Of a stretch of 64,000 nucleotides of DNA, positions 35,900-44,362 are shown in pieces. Under the pieces are notes generated by a model. It worked only from the letters and a program-made list of their open reading frames with translations, had not been told where the DNA came from and did not search any database. The DNA lies in the NCBI GenBank assembly GCA_963697085.1, contig CAVOMR010000003.1, positions 1,026,745 through 1,090,744 on the forward strand. Direction: 5' to 3'. The translations under genes were made by a program, and so were the position numbers. How positions within the stretch are numbered: the stretch's first letter is position 1; each line of letters opens with the position of its first letter. Source of the stretch: Candidatus Dormiibacterota bacterium. GTDB lineage: Bacteria; Chloroflexota; Dormibacteria; Aeolococcales; Aeolococcaceae.

Positions 35900-37636
35900 T
35901 CAGTTCAGCTTGATGAGCGAGCCGCTCATCTCCACGACGCCGCCACCGCCGTCGACCTTCACGCCGGCGGAGCCGGAGACGTTGACGTTGCCCTGCGCCT
36001 GGATCGTGACGTTGGCTCCGCTGTTGAGGGTGATGTCGTCACTGTCGGTCTGCAGCGTCACCTTGCCCTTGCAGTGAATCGTGATCTCGCTCGTGGTCTC
36101 GTTGAGCGACACCTTGAGGTTGCCGTCGCTCGTGATCAGCGCGATGCCCGACTTGGAGTTGTCGTCGAGGAACACGAGCTTGTGCCCCTTGCGCGAGACG
36201 ACCCCACGTCGCTTGACCTTGCCACCGTCGACGAGCCCGTCGCCGAGGTCGGGCGTGTCCTTGCCGTTGTGCAGGGGGCTGAGGACGAACACCCTGCGCA
36301 GGTCACCGAACTCGCAGGCGCACAGCACCTCGTCGCCGACCTCGGGGAGGAACATCACGCCGCTGTTCGGTCCGGCGCCGACGTAGGCGACGCGCGCCCA
36401 GTCGCTCTCGTAGTCGTCCGACAGCCAGGGGAGCTTGAGCTTCAGGCGACCGAGCTTCTGCGGATCGTCGTTGTTGGTGACCACGGCGATGAAGACGCCG
36501 GGGACGGGCGGCGCACCCCCCGCGGCGCGTCCGTTGGTCGCGCCCAGCGACATGAGCCCGAGCGTCGAGCGATCCTGCATGCCGCTGATCTCGAACTCGG
36601 TCCTGTACCCGTCGTCGTCGAACACGTGCCGCGCGCGGGTCAGCGTGTACTTCCCGACGAACGCGTCCGCCACCTGGGCGACGCTCACCGCGGTCCCGGC
36701 CCGGAGCTTCGCGTTCCCGATCGCCACGCCCTCGGCCTCCGCGAACGAGCTGCCCAGGTGCTGCGCAACGGCCTTGGCGGTGTCGTCGACGTCCGTCTGT
36801 GACGTCAGCGGGTGGTTGTGCACGACGTACTCGGGCGAGCCGAAGTTCTGGGCAAGGCTGGCAGGATCATCCGGGAGGTCCGCGTGCGACGACGCGGGAT
36901 CCGCCGAGCCGACGAGCACCGCCTTGCTGCCGGGATCCCAGGCACGGACGCTGATCTGCGACACCTGCGCGGAGGACGTCACGCGCGGCCGGAAGGAGAT
37001 GAGGTCGCGACCGTAGACGAGCTGCGCCGGACCCTGGGAGTCGGCGTCGCCGGGGTCGGGACCGGTCGTCGACTCCACGGGCTTGCGGAAGAAGAACTGC
37101 CCATCGAGGACACCGACCTCGAAGCCCAGCTCTCGCGCGCGCGCCTTGAGGAAATCCCAGTCGGTGACGTTCACCTGGGAGACGAACGGCAGCACCGCGC
37201 CGCTGTCGTCGATCGTGCCCACGTCCAGACCGGCACGGCTCGCAACGGTTTGCGCCACATCTGACACTTTCACGTTCTGGTATGTCTCGGTGCGCCGGCC
37301 ACGATGCAGCCGGTGCGACTTGTCGTATCCGCGCACGATCGTGCGGTCCCACCCGCCGTCGTAGCTGGCCTCGAGCGCCGTGACCTCGCCACCGATGAGC
37401 ACGTCGGGGGTCGTGGAGCCGACCGTCGTGGCCTTGATGGTCACGGCCGAGCCGACCTTGACCGCGGCCTCGGTGATGAGGTTGTGCAGCGGGTCGTCGA
37501 ACACCATCGTGAACATGTCGGGAAGGTGGATGTCGTTGTCGACGACGACACCGGTGAGCCCGACTCGAAGGTTGTCGGCCAGCGGCGTGCCGTCGATCTC
37601 GACCGCGGGCCAGCTGACGACGACGTCCGCAGTCAT
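35900..37636 (-). CDS. CIS spike/hub protein, gpD + gp5/VgrG-like
   Basis: The sequence has a gpD-like N-terminus, PEVGDEVLCACEFGDLRRVFVLSPLHNG (OB-fold/base-V motif) and a C-terminal beta-helix. ATG 37636 overlaps the LysM gene stop (ATGA). Confidence 0.85.
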   Translation of the reverse strand: MTADVVVSWPAVEIDGTPLADNLRVGLTGVVVDNDIHLPDMFTMVFDDPLHNLITEAAVKVGSAVTIKATTVGSTTPDVLIGGEVTALEASYDGGWDRTIVRGYDKSHRLHRGRRTETYQNVKVSDVAQTVASRAGLDVGTIDDSGAVLPFVSQVNVTDWDFLKARARELGFEVGVLDGQFFFRKPVESTTGPDPGDADSQGPAQLVYGRDLISFRPRVTSSAQVSQISVRAWDPGSKAVLVGSADPASSHADLPDDPASLAQNFGSPEYVVHNHPLTSQTDVDDTAKAVAQHLGSSFAEAEGVAIGNAKLRAGTAVSVAQVADAFVGKYTLTRARHVFDDDGYRTEFEISGMQDRSTLGLMSLGATNGRAAGGAPPVPGVFIAVVTNNDDPQKLGRLKLKLPWLSDDYESDWARVAYVGAGPNSGVMFLPEVGDEVLCACEFGDLRRVFVLSPLHNGKDTPDLGDGLVDGGKVKRRGVVSRKGHKLVFLDDNSKSGIALITSDGNLKVSLNETTSEITIHCKGKVTLQTDSDDITLNSGANVTIQAQGNVNVSGSAGVKVDGGGGVVEMSGSLIKLN

Positions 37637-38358
37637 CGCGATCCCGCCGCCTGCGGATCCGGTGGGATGAGCAGCGTCGTCCCGGGAGACACTCGCAACG
37701 GATCGTCGATGCCGTTGGCCTCCGCGAGGACCCGCCACAACCCGGGGCTGCCGTACTCCGTGTAGGAGACGGAGTGGAGCGTGTCACCGGCCGAGACCAC
37801 GTGCACCCGACGGCCCGCGATGCCGCCGGAGGTCGGGTTGGTCCCCGGTACCGTCTCGGGGTTCTCGGTCATCGTGATCGACGCCTCGGCCCTGATCGGC
37901 TGCCCGGCGATGCCGAACTGCTTGTACGTGATCGACAGCGAGGAGATGTGGCCGACGAACTGGAGGCTCCCCCACGTGAAGGTGACTCTCGGCGGGTTCT
38001 GCAGACCGGAGATCACGCGCTCCGTCGGGCAGGTCCAGTTCTGGAGCTGGTTGATGTCGTCGCTGATGTCGCCGTCAGGCTCGAACGACTGATCGAACCA
38101 GACCACCATGGTCAGCGATCCTGGTGTCGATCGCTGGAACTGCTGTGGTCCGTGTCCCGTCGGAACTGCGCCGCCGGACTGGCCACCCGACGCGCTCGAC
38201 GGCTGTTGCGAGTTCGGAGCGCGATTCGGCGGCGCCTGCCACTGCGTCCGCCGGGTGATGTTCAGCGACTTCGGGTTGAGGGCGAGCGAAACCATCTGGC
38301 CCCCGCCCATCAGACGGGCGCGCTCGAGGCCGGCTGCGAGAGCGGACCCTAGTGCCAC
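37633..38358 (-). CDS. CIS LysM-domain protein (Afp7/Pvc7-class tube initiator/hub component)
   Basis: The C-terminal LysM is HVVSAGDTLHSVSYTEYGSPGLWRVLAEANGIDDPLRVSPGTTLLIP. A gp19-like core lies upstream. Confidence 0.75.
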   Translation of the reverse strand: MALGSALAAGLERARLMGGGQMVSLALNPKSLNITRRTQWQAPPNRAPNSQQPSSASGGQSGGAVPTGHGPQQFQRSTPGSLTMVVWFDQSFEPDGDISDDINQLQNWTCPTERVISGLQNPPRVTFTWGSLQFVGHISSLSITYKQFGIAGQPIRAEASITMTENPETVPGTNPTSGGIAGRRVHVVSAGDTLHSVSYTEYGSPGLWRVLAEANGIDDPLRVSPGTTLLIPPDPQAAGSR

Positions 38359-38362
38359 GGCG

Positions 38363-38794
38363 TCAGTTCAGGAATCCCTCGTGCGTGAGCACGAGTGTCT
38401 CGAGCGCCATCTTCTGCGAGCTCCCGTCGAGCTGCGGGCCTATCCACTTCGCCGGATAGACGCCGGTCAGGGTCCAGGTGATGACCTCACCCTGTGCAGC
38501 GTCGTGCAGCGTGATGCTGGCGGTGCCCTTCGTCGGCTGCATCACCATGGTGCCGAGCCACGCCTGCAGTGCGTTCGACTCCTCGGACGTGCACGCACGC
38601 TCGAGGGTGATCTGGCTGTATTTCGCGGCTTTCGGGAGGTAGTGCACGAACTGGTTGTTGCCGAGCTCCTCGTACTCGTCGCGCTGGAAATCGACCTCGA
38701 GCCCCTTGCAGGTGGACCAGGCGCCGAGGTTCTGGCCGTCGATGGTCACCTGAAAGCGGGCCGCGTGACCGCGTGGCGCGCTCGAGCCGGGCAC
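38363..38794 (-). CDS. CIS tube-family paralogue 3 (T4 gp19-like)
   Basis: Sequence ARFQVTIDGQNLGAWSTCKGLEVDFQRDEYEELGNN...ITLERA...WTLTGVYPAKWIGPQLDGSS...LETLVLTHEGF. Confidence 0.8.
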   Translation of the reverse strand: MPGSSAPRGHAARFQVTIDGQNLGAWSTCKGLEVDFQRDEYEELGNNQFVHYLPKAAKYSQITLERACTSEESNALQAWLGTMVMQPTKGTASITLHDAAQGEVITWTLTGVYPAKWIGPQLDGSSQKMALETLVLTHEGFLN

Positions 38795-38825
38795 GATCAG
38801 CGCCTCGTTGCGCGGGCTTCGCGCA

Positions 38826-39266
38826 TCACATGAATCCCTGGTGCGTCAGCTCGAGCTCCTCGGTCGCGACCTGGGCCGCGCTGGCGTCGAACCGCGGACC
38901 CGTGTACTTGGTCGGGAAGACCTCCTGGAACGTCCACTGCTGGACCTGCTTCCCGTTGGTGTCGAGCAGCGTGATCGTCGCGGGCTGCGGTGGCTGCGGC
39001 GAGCTCGCCTGCTGCGAGAGCCACTTGAGCAGCGCGCTCGACGCCTGCTGCGTGACCGCCCGGGTCAGCTTGATCGGCACGTAGTTGGCGCGGCCGGTGG
39101 CGTAGTGCGTGTAGTTCCAGGTCGCTCCGGGGGCGCCGCCCTCCTGGTACTTGGCGACGTCGAAATGCATCTCGATGCCCTCGCATTTCGACCAGGTGCC
39201 GAGGCTCGTGTTCCCGACGTCGACGGTGAAGCGAAGAGCGAGCCCAAAAGACGTGTCGTCAGCCAT
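38826..39266 (-). CDS. CIS tube-family paralogue 2 (T4 gp19-like, Afp5-class)
   Basis: Sequence LRFTVDVGNTSLGTWSKCEGIEMHFDVAKYQEGG...IKLTRA...WTFQEVFPTKYTGPRFDASAAQVATEELELTHQGF. Confidence 0.8.
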   Translation of the reverse strand: MADDTSFGLALRFTVDVGNTSLGTWSKCEGIEMHFDVAKYQEGGAPGATWNYTHYATGRANYVPIKLTRAVTQQASSALLKWLSQQASSPQPPQPATITLLDTNGKQVQQWTFQEVFPTKYTGPRFDASAAQVATEELELTHQGFM

Positions 39267-39275
39267 GGCATATCC

Positions 39276-40919
39276 TCATCGAAAATCTGTCAGCAGTCCC
39301 GCGCGCTCGCGGTCGATCAGCAACTCGGATCGCAGCTGGGTCCGGACCTGCCCGTAGACGCGACGGGCGAGGTCGTCGAGGTCGATCGGCGCTGCAGGTT
39401 CGTGGATCGTCTCCGTCGGTGACGCCGACGCGGCCGGCACTGGGACAGGCTGCCCTGGCGCGTCCGCCGGTGCCGGCTGCACCGATGCGATGGTTGGGTA
39501 GGGCACCGGGACAGCGCTCGCCGGCGGGCTCGAGGGCGACGTCACGTCAGGCGTAGGGAACGAGCCAGCGCCGGGACCTGGGGCGAAGGCAGGGCTCTCG
39601 GGCGCTGCGGGCGCAGACCCATCTGCCGGAGCCGCATCCTCGGGTGCTCGCTGCATCGCGACGGCGGGCTGCACGGCTGCGTGTCGCTGTTGCGGGAGGT
39701 GTGCCCCCGATCCGGGGAAGACGAGGGATCCGTCCGGCATGCGGATCGCGCGCCCCGAGGCAATCAGCTGGTCCTGGATGTCCTGGACCGTGGACGTGGC
39801 AGCTTCGTCGTCGTCGGTTCGGGTGGGCTGCGACGGGACCGGCGCAGGCGCGGGGGTTTCGGACGCGGTGGGCGGCGGCGCCGCCGCTCCGGCATCCCCG
39901 CGGACGTGCCGTTCCGTCATCGCGGCGTCGGATTCGAGCCGGCGCCCGGCCGGCGAGTGCTCGAGCGGCACGGCGTTGCCGAGGCGCCGCTGCTGAATGA
40001 CGTGGGTCAGCTCATGAGCGAGCAGACCGGCGCCCCTGCCGGTGTCGAGACGCCCGGCTGATGCGGGAATGAACACCTCACCACCGCGCGTCACCGCCCG
40101 CGCCTGCGCGGCAGCCGCGAGATCCGCAGCCTCCCGGCCCCGCTCGATGCGAACGTCGCCCACGTCGGTGCGATGGACCCGTCCGACCGCGGCTGCGACC
40201 GCGCGTGCCGGTTTCTCCGGAGCGGTGAGCTGCGCGGGCCCCTCGACCTGATCATGCGCAGTGGTCGGTGTCGCGTTGGCGTTCTCCTGTCCGAGGGGCG
40301 CCTGGAGCCCCAACGGACGCGGACCGCCGGCGCGACGGCGAATGACCGTCCGCTGCAGCCCGTGCTGCGGCGTGGCCGGGATCGACGGTGCGGCGACCTC
40401 CTCCTCGGTGCGCTGCATCGGCTCCTCGAATCGCGGCGCGGGGCGGGGCTCCGGAGGAGCCTGCACGAGCGCTGCCAGCGCGGCGTCCACCTCGGTGAGC
40501 GAACCCGTGTGCCCGCGACGAGCGCGCACGTGCTGCGGCACCTCTGGAGCCGGTCGGGCATCGCCCGGTTCCGAGGACGCGGTCTCACCCCATTCCTCGT
40601 CCCGATCCTGTGATTGACGCTCGGACCGCGCGCGCGTCGCCGGTCGTGCCGACGTCGCCAGTCCGCGCACCGTTCCCGGAGCGGCGGGCTCCGGGAGTCC
40701 CGCTCGATGGACCAGCGGCGGGCGCTCACGTGTCGAGCGCAGACGCCTGCTGAGCGCCTCGGCGAGCTCGGCCGAGCGCGCCGTCAGCGGAGCCCGAGCG
40801 CCGATGCTCGCCTGCAGCGGCGGCACCGCTCGCCACTCGGAATGCTGCGTTGGCTCAGGCGCAGGGGTACTGTCGACCCCCGCGCGCCCGCCACCGCGCC
40901 GCTGCCATGGCATGCGCAT
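39276..40919 (-). CDS. DUF4157 (HExxH) domain protein in the tape-measure position of the CIS operon
   Basis: The N-terminal half is disordered and Pro/Ala/Arg-rich. The DUF4157 core is VFIPASAGRLDTGRGAGLLAHELTHVIQQRR. The conserved C-terminal helix is IDLDDLARRVYGQVRTQLRSELLIDRERAGLLTDFR. Confidence 0.7.
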   Translation of the reverse strand: MRMPWQRRGGGRAGVDSTPAPEPTQHSEWRAVPPLQASIGARAPLTARSAELAEALSRRLRSTRERPPLVHRAGLPEPAAPGTVRGLATSARPATRARSERQSQDRDEEWGETASSEPGDARPAPEVPQHVRARRGHTGSLTEVDAALAALVQAPPEPRPAPRFEEPMQRTEEEVAAPSIPATPQHGLQRTVIRRRAGGPRPLGLQAPLGQENANATPTTAHDQVEGPAQLTAPEKPARAVAAAVGRVHRTDVGDVRIERGREAADLAAAAQARAVTRGGEVFIPASAGRLDTGRGAGLLAHELTHVIQQRRLGNAVPLEHSPAGRRLESDAAMTERHVRGDAGAAAPPPTASETPAPAPVPSQPTRTDDDEAATSTVQDIQDQLIASGRAIRMPDGSLVFPGSGAHLPQQRHAAVQPAVAMQRAPEDAAPADGSAPAAPESPAFAPGPGAGSFPTPDVTSPSSPPASAVPVPYPTIASVQPAPADAPGQPVPVPAASASPTETIHEPAAPIDLDDLARRVYGQVRTQLRSELLIDRERAGLLTDFR

Positions 40920-41083
40920 CAGATGTCACCCGTCTCGCCCATCTGCCGATGGATTCGGCCGATCTCTTCGATGAAGCGAAGCCGGAGCGCGTGTGGGAGA
41001 TCGAGGATGCTGTCGAGCTCCCAGTGGAAGTAGTAGGCGACGTACGCGACCTCCTCGAAGAGCTGGTCGGCCGCGTACGTCAT
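40919..41083 (-). CDS. small CIS-associated ORF (54 aa), absent from the ORF track because it is under 60 aa
   Basis: My translation is MTYAADQLFEEVAYVAYYFHWELDSILDLPHALRLRFIEEIGRIHRQMGETGDI. Its ATG overlaps the upstream stop (ATGA) and its stop overlaps the downstream ATG (TGATG). It resembles the small DUF6760-type proteins of eCIS loci (from memory). Confidence 0.6.
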   Translation of the reverse strand: MTYAADQLFEEVAYVAYYFHWELDSILDLPHALRLRFIEEIGRIHRQMGETGDI

Positions 41084-41490
41084 GCTTCCCCCGGGCGATC
41101 ACCCGCGATGTCGACGGTGAATTCGTTGTGGCATGACGGGCAGGTCACGAACGCCTCGGTGTGACCGTCCTGGTTGATGCGCCGGTACAGGTCCTGCAGG
41201 AACGCCAGGTCGGACGCGAACAGCCCTTCGATGACGTACGAGTCGACCTCGCTCAACGAGCCGAGCCGGGTGACCGTGCGCTCGAGCAGCAACACGGTCA
41301 TGTACGCCGCGTTCTGGCGCACGCGCGGGTCGCTCTGCGGACCGATCTCGTCGCGCGCGGTTGCGAGCCGCATGATCCCCTCGCGGTGCGTGACCCCCTT
41401 GCGGTCGACGTAGCCGCGCGGAAGCACGAACGGGAACTCGGTGGTCAGCTCCGAACGCGTGCCGGTCAACTCCTGTGCGGCCAGGCTCAC
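41080..41490 (-). CDS. CIS assembly-chaperone-position protein (136 aa)
   Basis: GTG 41490 overlaps the tube stop (GTGA). Sequence TEFPFVLPRGYVDRKGVTHREGIMRLATARDEI...FLQDLYRRIN...VTCPSCHNEFTVD. It lies between the tube and tape-measure-position genes, as phage tail chaperones do. Confidence 0.6.
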   Translation of the reverse strand: MSLAAQELTGTRSELTTEFPFVLPRGYVDRKGVTHREGIMRLATARDEIGPQSDPRVRQNAAYMTVLLLERTVTRLGSLSEVDSYVIEGLFASDLAFLQDLYRRINQDGHTEAFVTCPSCHNEFTVDIAGDRPGEA

Positions 41491-41952
41491 GGAGCCACCC
41501 GCTCGAGCAACTCGCAGACGATCGTGACCTCCTCCATCAGCACCTCGCTCGAACCCGCCTTGAGGGGGCTGATCGAGATCTTCGCGGGCCATCCGTCGTG
41601 GAAGTGGTAGCGCGCGACCGGCGTGCCGTCATACCCGTACATGACGATCGAGCCGCTCTTGCGCGCGCCGACGATGTCCCCGTGCATGACCGAACTCGTG
41701 CCACGCCCAGAGCTCCATCGACGTGTTCTTGCCGCGTCGCAACGTGATCGTCGGCGGCTTGCGCTTCCCGGGGAGCTTCTTGAGGATGTTGGCTCCGCTG
41801 GAACCGTTCTCCATGAAATCGATCACCTCGACCTCGGTGGTGATCCCCGTCAGCTCCGAGAACTGCGCGATCTCGTAGCCGTCGACGGTGATCGAGAACC
41901 GCGCCGCCGAGATGGCGTCGTTGGGCATGCTCGGACCAAGACCTGCTGGCAT
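41487..41952 (-). pseudogene. CIS inner tube protein (T4 gp19 / Afp1-class). The frame is broken at 41692-41697 as assembled.
   Basis: The N-terminal piece is ARFSITVDGYEIAQFSELTGITTEVEVIDFMENGSSG...ITLRRGKNTSMELWAWHE. The C-terminal piece is MHGDIVGARKSGSIVMYGYDGTPVARYHFHDGWPAKISISPLKAGSSEVLMEEVTIVCELLERV. Deleting one base of GAACTC joins them as WHESVMHGD. Confidence 0.85.
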
Positions 41953-41962
41953 TTCTAACCCC

Positions 41963-43492
41963 TCACTCGCTGACGGCCGCGCCGCCGGCGAACTGCGCGA
42001 TGCGGAAGACGACGAACTCGGCCGGCTTCACCGGGGCGATGCCCACGTCGATGATCAGCTGACCGATGTCGATCGTGTCCTGCGTGTTGTTCTCGGCGTC
42101 GCACTTGACGAAGAACGCCTCGCCTGCGGTGGTGCCGAAGAGCGCGCCGTCGCGCCAGACACGGCGGAGGAACGCCGAGACGTTGCGCTTGACCGCGTCC
42201 CAGAGGCGCGAGTCGTTGGGCTCGAACACGACCCACTGCGTCCCCTCGAGGATCAACTCCTCGACGAAGTTGAACAGCCGGCGGACGTTGAGGTAGCGCC
42301 ACTCGGGATCGCTCGAGATGGTGCGCGCACCCCAGACGCGGACGCCGCGACCCGGGAACGCGCGGATGCAGTTGATGCCCGAGGGGTTGAGCTGATCGTG
42401 CTCGCCTTTGGTGATCTGCAGCTCGAGCGTGATCGCTCCGCGCACGACCTCGTTTGCCGGCGCCTTGTGCACGCCGCGCGTGTCGTCGCTGCGCGCCCAG
42501 ATGCCCGCCATGTGCCCGCTCGGCGGGATCATGAGCCCCTGGCCCTTGAGGGGATCGAACACCTTGATCCACGGCCAGTACAACGCCGCGTACTTCGAGT
42601 CGTATCCCGCCTTGTCGACGCGCCACTCCTTGACCTGCTGCGCGTTCAGCGCGGGCGGTGCGTCGAGGATCGCCACGCGATCGCCCATCAACTCGCAGTG
42701 CGCGATCATCGCGAGCTGCACGGCCTGCACGGCCTCGAGGTCGATGATCCCGCGCTGGTACGCGGCCATCACGTCGGGAACGCTGAGCATCGTCACCTCG
42801 TCGACCGCTTCCAGGCCCGCGAAGCCGGTGCGGTCGGCGGAGTTGCCGACGTAGTCGTCCGCGGTGACGCGCACGGCGGTCACCGCGGTGCCGCCGGTGA
42901 GCTTCACGCTCGCCTTCTCCGGAACGATCATCGTGCCGCCGCTGCCGATCTCCTCGAGACGGATCAGCTTGGACCGCGCCTTGACGACGGTCGCCGCGTT
43001 GGTCGGACCGCGCTTGGTGCTGACGTTGTCGAACGTCTCCTCGACCTTGCCGCCGCGCGACACGGTGACCTTGAAGGTGTCCTCCCCGGGCTCTCCGGGA
43101 TCGCCGATCTCGACACTGATGTCATCGCCGGCGGGGCCACCCTCCGCCGCGGTCACGCGGTACACGTTGCGGCCCGGCTCGCCCCTGCCCGCAAGCTCCG
43201 CGCCGGCACTCGGGGCCGCCGCGTCGCCGTCGGACCCGATGCGCACCACATATGCGGAGCCGCCGCCGTTGAGGAAGTATCCGTACACCGCATGCGCGAG
43301 GTACGAGCCCTCGACGAAATCGCCGAACACCGAGCTGAACTGCGTCCAGTTGGTGACCAGCGTGGGTGTGTTGGCGGGGCCTTTCTCGGTCAGGCCGACG
43401 AACGCGGCGACCGCGGTGCCGACACCCTCGATGGGTTTCGAGCCCGACGACACCTCCTGAACGTAGACGCCGGGCGACAGATAGCTTGGCAT
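41963..43492 (-). CDS. CIS contractile sheath protein
   Basis: From ATG 43492 (RBS GAGGAG): MPSYLSPGVYVQEVSSGSKPIEGVGTAVAAFVG..., then GHMAGIWARSDDTRGVHKAPAN and INCIRAFPGRGVRVWGART, with AEFVVFRI at the C-terminus. Confidence 0.92.
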   Translation of the reverse strand: MPSYLSPGVYVQEVSSGSKPIEGVGTAVAAFVGLTEKGPANTPTLVTNWTQFSSVFGDFVEGSYLAHAVYGYFLNGGGSAYVVRIGSDGDAAAPSAGAELAGRGEPGRNVYRVTAAEGGPAGDDISVEIGDPGEPGEDTFKVTVSRGGKVEETFDNVSTKRGPTNAATVVKARSKLIRLEEIGSGGTMIVPEKASVKLTGGTAVTAVRVTADDYVGNSADRTGFAGLEAVDEVTMLSVPDVMAAYQRGIIDLEAVQAVQLAMIAHCELMGDRVAILDAPPALNAQQVKEWRVDKAGYDSKYAALYWPWIKVFDPLKGQGLMIPPSGHMAGIWARSDDTRGVHKAPANEVVRGAITLELQITKGEHDQLNPSGINCIRAFPGRGVRVWGARTISSDPEWRYLNVRRLFNFVEELILEGTQWVVFEPNDSRLWDAVKRNVSAFLRRVWRDGALFGTTAGEAFFVKCDAENNTQDTIDIGQLIIDVGIAPVKPAEFVVFRIAQFAGGAAVSE

Positions 43493-43509
43493 GCGCAGTC
43501 TCCTCACCG

Positions 43510-43540
43510 GTGGGACACGTGGATGCGTCGAGAGTCCCAC
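43510..43540 (-). promoter_or_regulatory. stem-loop in the sheath 5' leader / divergent promoter region
   Basis: A 7-bp inverted repeat GTGGGAC (43510-43516) / GTCCCAC (43534-43540) with a 17-nt loop, ending 18 nt upstream of the sheath ATG and directly before its RBS. Confidence 0.3.
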
Positions 43541-43677
43541 AGCGCATGTGCGCTCGCGCGGCACGCACGGGCCACCGTTGGGGCACAGGCGGATGCCCGA
43601 AGGTGCAGTCCGCTTCGCCCTTCCGGCTGCCCGCATCAGCCTTGCGCGCGGTGCGCCACGGCGCGAGCCTCGAGGCG

Positions 43678-44361
43678 ATGATCGCCGACGTCGACGCGTC
43701 GCTGCGCTCGCTGCTGCGCGCGACCGCGCTGCACGGTTCCACCGTGGACGTCGTCTTCGACTCGCCGACGAAAGCGTGGAGCGACCACGTTGCCGGCGGT
43801 GTCGTCGACGCATATCTCTGGGAGATCCGCGAGGACGTGACGAGGCGGCAGAACGACTGGGAGGACGTGCGCAACGACGAGGGCAGGGTCATCGGGCGGC
43901 GGCCGCCGCTGCATCGCTACCGGTTGCGCTATCTGCTCACCGCCTGGGGCGGGACCCCCGCGGACGAGCACCGTCTGCTCTCGTCGGTGCTCGCGTCGCT
44001 CGCCGATCAGCAGGCGATCCCCGCCGACCACATCAGCGGCGACCTGGTCGAGGAGGGGCTACCGGTGTTCCTGACGGTCGCGCTCCCCACCGACGGCGAC
44101 AACCCGCCGACCGACCTGTGGGGCGCGCTCGGCATCGCGCCGCGTCCCGCGCTGGACCTCGTCGTGACGGCTCCGCTTCCGCGTCCGGTGCCCGCCACGG
44201 TCGCCGTGCCGGTTCGCGAGCGCGTCATCACGGTGGCGGACCGGACCAACGGCACCTCGGAGGTGGTTCCGACCAAGGTGGCGGACGAGCGGCGCCGCGA
44301 CGCGCTTGCACCGTCGGGAGCCGCGAGCGCGGCCACGCGCACCGTCCGCCGCCGCGGTTAG
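43678..44361 (+). CDS. DUF4255 (Pvc16/Afp16 N-terminal-like) CIS protein, encoded on the opposite strand to the rest of the operon
   Basis: Sequence MIADVDASLRSLLRATALHGSTVDVVFDSPTKAW...VDAYLWEIREDVTRRQNDWE...HRYRLRYLLTAWGGTPADEHRLLSSVL...LWGALGIAPRPALDLVVTAPL. Confidence 0.78.
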   Translation: MIADVDASLRSLLRATALHGSTVDVVFDSPTKAWSDHVAGGVVDAYLWEIREDVTRRQNDWEDVRNDEGRVIGRRPPLHRYRLRYLLTAWGGTPADEHRLLSSVLASLADQQAIPADHISGDLVEEGLPVFLTVALPTDGDNPPTDLWGALGIAPRPALDLVVTAPLPRPVPATVAVPVRERVITVADRTNGTSEVVPTKVADERRRDALAPSGAASAATRTVRRRG

Positions 44362-44362
44362 G

